DNA of 54,792 bases from Candidatus Omnitrophota bacterium (GTDB lineage Bacteria > Omnitrophota > Gorgyraeia > Gygaellales > Profunditerraquicolaceae). The notes below the pieces were generated by a model. The model was given only the letters and a program-made list of their open reading frames with translations. It did no database searches and was not told the DNA's origin. Position 1 is the first letter of the stretch. Every line of letters begins with the position of its first letter. The stretch spans positions 1-54,792 of the forward strand of contig JAPLLN010000035.1 in NCBI GenBank assembly GCA_026387475.1. Direction: 5' to 3'. Shown one piece after another: positions 40,701 through 48,424 of the stretch. The position numbers and the translations under genes were made by a program.

Positions 40701-43602
40701 TACTCCAACTCAATCAAACGCGCTGATTAGTTCCATAGACCGCTTCGGTTCATCCGATGAAAAATTGACACAGCGCGTTATTGAGTCCGTGACCTTAGAC
40801 TTAAACATTTTATCCGAAGAGAACTTCGCTTCCTATCTTAGGATTATCAGCCGCCTGCCCCGTTACCATGCCGAAGGCCTGACTAACCTGCCCAGCGAAA
40901 TGACCTTTGGTGTTGAAATCGAAGTGAATCTGTTGGATGCGAAAGAAGCCACGGATTTATTAGCCACCACAAAGCTTCTTCGTAAGCTAATAGATTTTGC
41001 CAGCAGAGAAGGCTTAGCAGCCCGTGGCTGGGTAGTTAAGCGGGACATGAATAATATTGAAATTACCACTAAAGATAAAGGCCTTCCCAATACGCGGGAG
41101 GGCTGGGCTGAACTGCGGGATGGTTTAACCAAGCTGTGGGGTTTTATTATGGCTAACTCTCCGGAGCGCTCGCTCTATTACGGTATGCATGTCCATATCG
41201 GCAGCCCTCTGCCCAGTTTGCAGAGAGGGAAGCTTATGCGCGCAGTCTCCTATATAGGAAAAAGCATGGAACACTGCTGGAGCCTGTTAGGAAAAGTTCA
41301 AAACAAGCTGGTTTTCAGCGAAGATGCGCTTTGGGGAGACCAGATAACAAGTAAAGGCAAGACGCCTTTTTATGACGATGCGACAAAAAATACGGTTGCC
41401 ATAAACACTTTTGCTCCTGCGCCCATTAATCTGCTCTCCGGTAACGGGGATAAGTATTTTGCACGGTTACAACTTACTATAGGCGCTGCATTAGCTATTG
41501 TGCATAATGCCTCCGCAAGGCCAGGGGAATTCACTTTCCTACGTACCGGGCTTCCTTTGCTCCAAAGTTCCCTTTATACCAAAGAAAATTCTTTTCTTCT
41601 GCGCCGGCATATTAATCATCTCTTCGGGGGAGATTCTGCGGGGACCATTGCCATGCTGCAGCTTCTCTATGATATGAAGCGGCTCCCGCAGCTTCCGGTT
41701 GGCGGGGTTGATGTAGTCAACGAACAACGGATAAAGAAGGCTTATGAAGCCGCCGGATTCGGAGAATTGTATGCTTTGCATAAACAGAGCAACGGTTGGA
41801 GCTCTATGGCAGTGCAATTAATTGATAAATCCATACAGCAATGGCGCGGCAAGATACTTTCTCCTAACACAGATATAACGCAACAGGGGAAAGGCGTTGA
41901 AGTGTTGGGTGATGCAGCTTCGAACGGCAGCCACTCCGCGGCTATGGCTTTAAAAGAAATCATCCTTACCACGGAAAACACCAATCTACAGAGCATGGCG
42001 ATGCATGCTTTAAAGTCCGCACTTTTTAAAGACAGCCAGCCTGCGGCTACGGCCTTAAAAGAAATCATTCTTACCGCGGAAAACACTAATGTGCAAGGAG
42101 ATGCGCTGGAAGCCTTAGCTTCCGGTTGTTTCGCAGACAAAGAGTTCGCTGTCAGGTCCGTCGAAGAACTGATTATAAGAGTAAAGGAAATCATCCTTAC
42201 TAAAAACGATACCAGGTTGCAAAATTTTGCCATAGATGCCCTACAAGGCGCTGCTAATCGGAATAGCCAGCCTGCGGCTACGGCCTTAAAAGAGATCGTC
42301 TTTGCTACGGAAGATATCGGCCTGCAAGACAAAGCGATCGCCGCTTTAGAAGATGCTTCCATTTGGAATAGCCTGCCCGCGGTTACGGCATTGAAGGAAA
42401 TCAGCCTTACCAAAAACAATACCAGATTACAAACTGGTGCCATAGCCGCCTTAATAAGCACTGCCTCCTTGAGTAGCTACGCGGCTACGGCTTTAAAAGA
42501 AATCATCCCTGTAGTTCCGGACTCAAAGGAAATCATCCTTACCACGCAAGGTTTTAATCCACGAAATGTATTAGTTGCTTCTTCGCCCGCCGCCTCAGAC
42601 GCCGCGCCATCCCCTCAACCCGCTATAGATATACCAAGAGAAACGTCTTATATTGCTGAGCAGATGGGTGCAAAAAGAGGAGACAGGGTATTGATTATGG
42701 GTTACCGGTTCCTTCATTTACCTACAGCGCTAGGGATGCATGGCGTTAACACTACATTGGTAGACCTCAATCCTGACGTAATAAATATGGAAAGACTATT
42801 CGCCGCACCTTTGAGATCTAAGGATGGTCAGGTAGCCCCAGCCTTTATCAATAAGTACGCCGAGGACATCAATACGCAAGACGCGCCTTTGGATAGTTTT
42901 GATATAGTATCGCTTCTTGATTTATTTATAGATACGCAAGGTGACCCGCAAGCAACTATTAAAATGGCTCTTCAAAGAGTAAAGGACGGGGGGGTTGTAT
43001 ATTTACCGGAATATATCAGTTGGAGGGAAGGCCAATTTGGTTTGTCTGCGGTAAAGAAAGGAACAGAAGGCTTGGCTTTGAATCGTCTATGTGCAGAATT
43101 AGGGTATTCCTATGAACAAATTCCCGGCAAGTTTATACCTGGAGACCAGACGAATTTAGCTTACAGAATAACTAAACATAAGGCCCAGCCAACTGTTTCT
43201 TCTCCAGCGGAAAACGCTAAGGGTGGTATTGACCTGAGCGCGCTGCCTATTGTGGTCCAGCCTATGCCGAACAACCGGATCCCTGCGCCGATGGTGCCTA
43301 ATTTATCTGCGGCAACCGATAAGGATCTGCTGGAGATCCAGAATATGCTCGTTTCGGGGATTACTCCTTCCGGAGAGAGGTTAAAGGATTATATGGCAAA
43401 ATGCTCTGATCAGCAGGATATGAATAAGATATTAAGCTGTCTTGCCGATATCTTCAGGATGGAAGAGGATCAGGCTGTCGCGACTGACCCGGCTTTGAGG
43501 CAGTTTTTGGTATTGTTGGAATCAGGGAAGAATTCGCAGGAATTAAAACAGGAGTTAAACAAGATCAGCTTTGCTCCGCAGGAGCCGGAGCTAGTGGAGT
43601 AA
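31711..43602 (+). CDS. giant (3,963 aa) secreted or membrane-anchored multidomain protein made of enzyme-like modules joined by ASSPAP linkers
   Basis: One uninterrupted 11,892-nt frame with a Sec-like signal peptide (MKKLTKVIAILLSVSLLLQQVGFA). One internal TM helix at aa ~1424-1445. Motif-level hits to Rossmann MTase-like (x4), transglutaminase-like, HEAT-like, degenerate HATPase_c and amidoligase-like modules. Confidence 0.85.
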   Translation: MKKLTKVIAILLSVSLLLQQVGFAQVAGTLDISGFMTQLRQSIAVDKFRPLHLRYLAYDNINNNFKLLLDKGDIKNLKSAQIEETSKKLLNLFFVGVTLPNDSFWVNLRPDSPDKMLDPMVAQTDVGKVFCEADLQLKKDTAKFTSPDTAEGKEYWNKLYQKAGEIFGSENITIPTLTRPWIVPDEIIIRESTDNAYIYKATLKVMLEQDYLAGSATYNFKDERLKALNEYSSQLIRELIIPKLTKEINTSKRYASLRQVYYSLIMAQWFKQKFYGKGGLYSWLIDKQKLNGLTSKENWSKDSYFKEYQKSFQQGEYNFKVPVFTPYGQTIRSYFSGGISVGTVMQQATIVPAPSPLAGSSGAIAELSLNQHISSPVNVAGGSVDDLADVKPEVTQAASAASSSAIQPQSTAGNAARLALETAHQESIKRLLRQLPTRPKPDDIISLSMEDIIHGSDATPAQIQQILDSQTMKVELGNILPYAEIIVKQLTRLLASGRYSKILICGRDADIFDDALQVVLSGTGLEGRVVRLPSSEKMRYYVRDAMPADDKIKFLSHLGITSNLNNENILVFDTGFEGSVYLWLSDLISKTFPGMDVPKHLSCGMIRSQLGESLQIIKLPPPSAADIAGGFPYNKFPKSAFLARSADMNTLVACAVDALPQYSGGFTKALVTDTGAVKFIADNAVVSFDPDRLERSFHSSAQYNNSGIVNPAAAMMVQKRVVDYFISHRDQLLSGIGSLNQHISRPVEVTGGSAASPAEITVAVQAAQPVAQPNTVNSMTPSEAGTTMAHIQKFADFILGLFKDRDLKQPIDYADIGSGADAEFEENMVPLLTALGFKIRERVSVDGGYFGPLTSKVKKADITDKQQRESIGLGDESRDLVTINNIQSFRLVQPAMATLKPGGVLLVTFAKSDLEDRHDDPRIIEQVIAEAKELLGYEVREIQKPDDYPVSNSKIKHNPNYPSYGKMLIITRKKSPGGEIVFSAAVNPTPAASSPVFANVDLPALRETLAAIRKSTEMASQGYATGLNDYILSTQLLADLGIARGDVLYPCMGVDLALARHTKVFGLNTTTGLTSRSELEPVIALFQRNGWSAADTKTAENNIHLITGDYRDSSQYAGLRAQGGVDVIMAKGLGWTVSESEIRKFFKDIGSELLKSGGYVVIVGAKDEWLRDYLMREFGYKDIFEQFLPQEAQQLPLDEYKQVKDALSAQNGGPEKVLSVRDAQFVVGRLPMAVLQKPVASSPAPDPEFQAAAETAYKQVAEEKQEPANQIYYSQLCEPFSKALNKILGDKGYQSWVVTVGQWGGISTHDFVIIKDKNGRFWLIDGTWQQFLKQDQLPLDHQKAVMILEITQQNGEVQEKDMEEKFANFGVPSFMSRRLASAIKNKIKEAVTQNAEPPTVISSPAPSASSPARASSPATSHWWKTITYTVLMAMPTLAVLYLLLRDVPGEEAATIAPPAQPAAQAQQEYPRHIRFLIEAAKNQDQMASIKLGELANKQDRLAFSALIDLVKAGNEDAFGVLSSLSESQNKEIKDLVWSELARLVLQDGLDRPIDFFDYNTNDPRRGWETMVAFAKAGNKTAISRVLAYANDRRDPEKGREARALVSKLIEQGDREVIASVFEEDVRNMRTRYLAGHDLKALQAELTEKSRDNALYLAFAFTARESSGALADEILVRLEKIAGSKGNMLGFIDSMNDRQLLKNFILSAANYNHLNTLVASDEALKNAVDMLFKGLNAQEAEMYSVRLALFVEDILRQNSRTDAFKKCLFTLYDDNGVSGLNKDLIAALLTVYADKFSAIDQQKITRIAAERGIQYNKARVNTAKLLKNGKLIIHTVFMDQDAQNFISGTSEFYKSQGYKSERRDGHIALTKGNVVIWLINNVGNAYDIREHIGKVSAFILRGHAGSEERLFKGQSQEYFMAFINACRSATFLGKLKAQYPNVDAIGVRGTGEGEPGTRVSYYLERALNSGIRDWSQIRDYLKNHIKGYAGNLAMPGDRALDVLGIVSRKAAQANNTASSPAPAPGIDKTALTEIFTRNHYLSYLVLNMSLVPWSISADSTTKLQQLRDEMNTEYLNFLAMPAGSTDEIRLAYLQLALLIRKNLPTAKSLVDSIPEGAIKKNMKEGIIDAERFANGIEMLMDDSNNQVNINNTLDAMSNIVFSKHYRDRGGKYNITMQAASDMPKLNANQGDIAYLFLNLFLPFVLPLGVFNGKEVELKVSTKSESGNLVITAESNQAPSTEDIMVYGHPINAGFRVAQRIAKKYGGTIEAQSQGTKLIVRLPIAQQAASSPAPWEPRLDKEKAIEDCRSISLALREIYADPQWSSQLRSEMRYVLTQSGALTALLGLRAIAELGQSFDIVYQVSLTPQLHTELENLLRKNGNSQIRIKTIKQSGAGRNYTQFIIINLEKARQVLLHPVFTVRERERATTDDGLCDFILALNNDISYNRRDMKLGLLFGVPEVEAVAYEKQGSGIHGRNIEISNPFEEFGASGNVWKALTHDPANKRYEAIYEEAYGIAREAIPSHQYLIDKPEGSLSGGISASSPAPGASSPNKAEGLLELDRRPIDGGLLNTVYVGHDMEVCRAVNPDHQGGQIAVNVASGAGISNYLLSLDATTGYFVDTVKVNAGDLTESLARWAGLSGIVNDPEFFGGYAQRKFRAGYEQAFAAFGDGSDGIMSALQAEKILYELQVMGVDKESIAVEKIDDKTVKLTFKWAYPGRPLRTYEIYFVHQDIASPESFPQILRDLKGKATFIYERAGLSLPARYHLFINELISYLKPNGYLMTDDVSYDKAASEPYVDQGKYFDNINNLVTVKTPAMGEWEQKIATYREDKFEKTSYGAIVRIRQVTQGSATKPGASSPAPAASSPVKTGAESANNDGRPFILDKGTGLFVPDRTVVSVTAPKDKKAIAEATSRVESAIGKIKKIRSVTDAQALDKKGELAASVEDLNYIALLGLNGELTQSLAEPLCIILNYSSSAELHRKVHLLLTHLPGSFIFTPTQSNALISSIDRFGSSDEKLTQRVIESVTLDLNILSEENFASYLRIISRLPRYHAEGLTNLPSEMTFGVEIEVNLLDAKEATDLLATTKLLRKLIDFASREGLAARGWVVKRDMNNIEITTKDKGLPNTREGWAELRDGLTKLWGFIMANSPERSLYYGMHVHIGSPLPSLQRGKLMRAVSYIGKSMEHCWSLLGKVQNKLVFSEDALWGDQITSKGKTPFYDDATKNTVAINTFAPAPINLLSGNGDKYFARLQLTIGAALAIVHNASARPGEFTFLRTGLPLLQSSLYTKENSFLLRRHINHLFGGDSAGTIAMLQLLYDMKRLPQLPVGGVDVVNEQRIKKAYEAAGFGELYALHKQSNGWSSMAVQLIDKSIQQWRGKILSPNTDITQQGKGVEVLGDAASNGSHSAAMALKEIILTTENTNLQSMAMHALKSALFKDSQPAATALKEIILTAENTNVQGDALEALASGCFADKEFAVRSVEELIIRVKEIILTKNDTRLQNFAIDALQGAANRNSQPAATALKEIVFATEDIGLQDKAIAALEDASIWNSLPAVTALKEISLTKNNTRLQTGAIAALISTASLSSYAATALKEIIPVVPDSKEIILTTQGFNPRNVLVASSPAASDAAPSPQPAIDIPRETSYIAEQMGAKRGDRVLIMGYRFLHLPTALGMHGVNTTLVDLNPDVINMERLFAAPLRSKDGQVAPAFINKYAEDINTQDAPLDSFDIVSLLDLFIDTQGDPQATIKMALQRVKDGGVVYLPEYISWREGQFGLSAVKKGTEGLALNRLCAELGYSYEQIPGKFIPGDQTNLAYRITKHKAQPTVSSPAENAKGGIDLSALPIVVQPMPNNRIPAPMVPNLSAATDKDLLEIQNMLVSGITPSGERLKDYMAKCSDQQDMNKILSCLADIFRMEEDQAVATDPALRQFLVLLESGKNSQELKQELNKISFAPQEPELVE
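41938..42560 (+). repeat. tandem ~105-nt (35-aa) HEAT-like repeat array inside the giant ORF
   Basis: Units start at 41938, 42043, ~42148 (degenerate), 42274, 42379 and 42481, with a partial unit at 42526. Each encodes AATALKEIILT..NT.LQ..A..AL. Confidence 0.85.
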
Positions 43603-43606
43603 AAAA

Positions 43607-43685
43607 TAAAAGAGGCGTTCGCCTTCCGAGGTTTATCAGCCCATGAAAACCCCGCCGAAAGGAAATGAGCGCCTCTTTTATTTTT
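43607..43685 (+). terminator. probable terminator of the giant ORF
   Basis: taaaagaggcg (43607-43617) pairs with cgcctctttta (43670-43680) and is followed by ttttt. The enclosed 52 nt are GC-rich and may branch. Confidence 0.4.
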
Positions 43686-43694
43686 AGTTAGATT

Positions 43695-43774
43695 TGGGGG
43701 GTTGTTACGTCTATTGTAGTGTAGGATGGGGGTGAGTCGTTGGGGTGGGTTAGGGTGTTGGGGTGAGGATGGGG
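43695..43774 (+). repeat. G-tract arm (G-quadruplex-type sequence), imperfect inverted partner of 44148-44196
   Basis: ggggggttg...ggatgggggtgagtcgttggggtgggttagggtgttggggtgaggatgggg contains at least 4 runs of G3-4 separated by 1-7 nt. Confidence 0.8.
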
Positions 43775-43776
43775 AA

Positions 43777-44199
43777 ATGCAAAAGACGCAAAGTTTTAGG
43801 GATTTAGAAGTTTACAAACGATTATACCAAAACATGCTTTTGATAGCAGATAAAGTCTTGCCAAAGTTACCTGCGGAAGAAAGATTCGGGCTGATTGACC
43901 AAATGCGCAGGGCTTCCAAGGCTCCGCTTGCGATTATCGCAGAAGGCTATGCTAAGAAACATTACCGGAGAGACTGGTTAAGATATATAAACGATGCGAT
44001 TGGCGAATGCAACGAAATGATAACCCACTTATCTTGTTGTAAAGATTTGTATTCAAAATACCTAGATATAAATTTAATTGAAAGGCTTATCGCAGATTAT
44101 GACATTAGCGGTAAACAACTTTTCTGTTTAGGTAAGAGCTGGTTATCCACATCCCCACCCCCATCCCTAACTCACTACCCACCCTCACCCACACCCTAA
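43777..44199 (+). CDS. four-helix-bundle protein (23S rRNA IVS protein / Avd-like family)
   Basis: MQKTQSFRDLEVYKRLYQNMLLIADKVLPKLPAEERFGLIDQMRRASKAPLAIIAEGYAKK...IGECNEMITHL matches the family as I remember it. I moved the start to the ATG at 43777. The last ~20 aa (STSPPPSLTHYPPSPTP) are read from the C-rich repeat arm. Confidence 0.75.
   Translation: MQKTQSFRDLEVYKRLYQNMLLIADKVLPKLPAEERFGLIDQMRRASKAPLAIIAEGYAKKHYRRDWLRYINDAIGECNEMITHLSCCKDLYSKYLDINLIERLIADYDISGKQLFCLGKSWLSTSPPPSLTHYPPSPTP
44148..44196 (+). repeat. C-tract arm, imperfect inverted partner of 43724-43774
   Basis: ccacatccccacccccatccctaactcactacccaccctcacccacaccc. By eye its reverse complement aligns at roughly 70 percent identity with the upstream G-rich arm. 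Confidence 0.7.
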
Positions 44200-44213
44200 G
44201 TTGGAATTTAATC

Positions 44214-44241
44214 TTGACAATAGGGTTAACAATGCTATACT
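44214..44241 (+). promoter_or_regulatory. putative sigma70 promoter of the pyr operon
   Basis: TTGACA (44214-44219)-16 nt-TATACT (44236-44241). Confidence 0.5.
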
Positions 44242-44258
44242 TATAACAAATAAGATTA

Positions 44259-45858
<1,600 letters not shown>

Positions 45859-45875
<17 letters not shown>

Positions 45876-47124
45876 GTCCGGACGGGTAATTGACCCGGCG
45901 AATAAGCTGGATGAGGTTTGCGATATTTTAATCGAGTCCGGCAAGATTTCCAAGGTGGCCAAGAACATTAAAGCTGCCGCGGATAAGACTATCGATGCCG
46001 CAGGAAAGATCGTCCTTCCCGGATTAGTGGATATGCATGTGCATTTGCGCGAACCCGGACGGGAGGATAAAGAGACGGTATCGTCGGGGACTAAGGCGGC
46101 TTTAAAAGGCGGAGTGACCAGTGTCCTGGCTATGCCTAATACAAATCCGGCGATGGATTCGACGGAAAATATAAAATTACTGCAGAAAATTATTAAAGAT
46201 TCGGCTAAAGCCGACGTATTTATCTGCGGCGCGATAACTAAAGGCCGCCTGGGGCAGGAACTCTCTGACATTAAGGCTTTAAAAAAGCAAGGGGCGGTAG
46301 CCATCAGCGACGACGGGGCTTCGGTTGACTCGGACAAATTAATGGAAGAAGCCTTGAAGCTTTCCAGGGATGAGGGCCTCATTCTTATTAGCCACGCGGA
46401 AGATAAGGCGCTCTCTAATAAAGGAGTGGTTAATTTAGGCCTGACTTCTACCCGCCTGGGATTAAAAGGGATCTCCAAAGAATCAGAATATAAAAGAGTT
46501 GCCCGGGATGTGGAGTTGGCAGAAAAATTAAAATCACCTATCCACATCGCGCATGTAAGCTGTAAAGAGTCGGTAGAGATAATCGCTAAGGCTAAGAAGA
46601 GAGGCGCAAAGGTCACCTGCGAGACCGCCCCGCATTATTTCAGTCTGACCGAAGAGGCAGTGTTAAACTACGACACGAATATGAAAATGAATCCCCCTCT
46701 AAGGGGTAAAGAAGATTTAGAGGCGATCAGGCAGGGTTTAAAGAACGGGACCATCGACGCTATCGCTTCAGACCATGCCCCGCATACGGAAAACGAAAAG
46801 GATATCGAATTTGAGCGCGCGGAATTCGGGGTTACCGGCCTGGAGACCGAACTCGCCGTTGCGATTACAGAATTAGTCGATACGGGATTGTTGAGTTTAA
46901 GCGGGCTTGCTGAAAAGATGAGCCTTAATCCGGCGAAGATCCTCAAAATAAATAAAGGAACGTTAAGCGTGGGCGCGCCTGCCGACCTGGTTATCGTCGA
47001 TCCGGATAAAGAATGGTTAGTAGAAAAATCCGCATTTGTCTCCAAGTCTAAAAACTCTCCTTTTTTACAAAGAACGCTTAAGGGTGTGGTAGAATATACC
47101 ATTAAAAATGGAATTCATTGCTGA
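45859..47124 (+). CDS. pyrC: dihydroorotase
   Basis: The sequence PGLVDMHVHLREPG is present with amidohydrolase-fold metal ligands, and it lies after pyrB. Confidence 0.9.
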
Positions 47125-48346
47125 TTTTCATATCCACTCCAAATACTCCCGCGCCACAAGCCGCGATATGGACGTTGTGCACCTCGCCGAATGGGCTAAA
47201 CTTAAGGGCATTACGCTCATGGGTACCGGTGACTTTACGCATCACCTCTGGCTGGAAGAGCTCAAAAATAACTTAGAAGATACTAACAACGGTCTATATA
47301 AATTCAAGGGGATAAATTTTATCCTTACGTCAGAGATAAGCAGCATCTATTCCAAGAACGGGAAGACTTACCGTATCCACAATATGATCATTGCGCCTTC
47401 CTTTAAGGTGGTGGATAAAATAAATGAGCGTTTAAGCCGGCTGGGGAACCTCGCCAGCGACGGAAGGCCGATTTTGGGCCTGGACGCCTCTGAGCTCGCG
47501 CGCATTGTCTTTGATATCGATGAAAACTGTATGATCATTCCCGGCCACATCTGGACGCCCTGGTTCTCGGTCTTCGGTTCGATGTCCGGGTTTAATAAGA
47601 TAGAGCATTGTTTCGAGGAACAGACCGCAAAAATATTCGCGCTTGAGACCGGCCTATCCAGCGACCCGGCAATGAACTGGCGGCTCTCGGCGCTGGACAG
47701 GTTTACCTTAGTCAGTAATTCGGATTCGCATTCCCCGCAAAAGATCGGCAGAGAAGCGAATGTCTTTGACTGCGAGCTCGATTATAAAACTATCAGAGAA
47801 GTATTAAAGACCAAAGACCGCAAAAGATTTTTGTACACCATAGAGTTTTTTCCGGAGGAAGGCAAATACCATTTTGACGGGCACCGTCTCTGCGGGACAA
47901 GGTTATCTCCCGGTGAAACCAAAGCAAATAACGGCCGCTGCCCTAAATGCGGCAAGCCGGTTACCGTGGGTGTGATGAACCGCGTAGACCAGTTAGCGGA
48001 CAGGCCGGAAGGCTTTAAGCCGGATAATTCAATTCCGTTTCGCAGCCTCATTCCGCTGGATGAAATCATTGCGGAAGCTAAAGGAATGGGTAAGGCCTCG
48101 CAGGCAGTAGAAAGGGAATACCGGAGCGCGATAGCTAAATTCGGGACAGAATTTGAAATAACCCTGCGCGCCTCGAAAGAGGATTTATTAAAGCAGCTCC
48201 CCGCGCGCATTGCCGAGGGTGTCATCCGGGTGCGCGAAGGCAGGGTAAGTATTAAAGCCGGGTATGACGGCGAGTACGGTATTATAAATATTTTCGGCGA
48301 AGGCGAGCAAGAGGCTAAACCGGAGCAGCAGTTGAGTTTATTCTAA
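47108..48346 (+). CDS. PHP-domain endonuclease Q-like protein
   Basis: N-terminal PHP motif (ADFHIHSKYSRATS), GHIWTPWFS, SDSHS, and a Zn-ribbon (FDGHRLCG...CPKCGKPVTVGVMNRV). This pattern matches what I recall for the EndoQ/TIGR00375 family. Confidence 0.65.
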   Translation: MEFIADFHIHSKYSRATSRDMDVVHLAEWAKLKGITLMGTGDFTHHLWLEELKNNLEDTNNGLYKFKGINFILTSEISSIYSKNGKTYRIHNMIIAPSFKVVDKINERLSRLGNLASDGRPILGLDASELARIVFDIDENCMIIPGHIWTPWFSVFGSMSGFNKIEHCFEEQTAKIFALETGLSSDPAMNWRLSALDRFTLVSNSDSHSPQKIGREANVFDCELDYKTIREVLKTKDRKRFLYTIEFFPEEGKYHFDGHRLCGTRLSPGETKANNGRCPKCGKPVTVGVMNRVDQLADRPEGFKPDNSIPFRSLIPLDEIIAEAKGMGKASQAVEREYRSAIAKFGTEFEITLRASKEDLLKQLPARIAEGVIRVREGRVSIKAGYDGEYGIINIFGEGEQEAKPEQQLSLF

Positions 48347-48424
48347 AAAATACGCGCCTGCCCCTCGCAAGAGTCAAGAAGTAGCAAATTGCTCGGGACA
48401 CGGCGGTAACATGTAAAAAGCTAT

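Noticed and set aside
43747-43755. Telomere-like GGGTTAGGG and CCCTAAC words flanking the four-helix-bundle gene.
   Set aside because: These are single occurrences embedded in general G-tract and C-tract arms on a circular-type bacterial origin region. They are most likely coincidental and are mentioned only as part of the G-quadruplex-capable arm.
43603-44199. Diversity-generating retroelement hypothesis: an Avd-like four-helix-bundle gene directly downstream of a huge candidate target protein.
   Set aside because: No reverse transcriptase ORF is anywhere in the window. I found no template-repeat/variable-repeat pair matching the 3' end of the giant ORF. The C-terminus of the giant protein does not look like a C-type-lectin or Ig-like VR scaffold.
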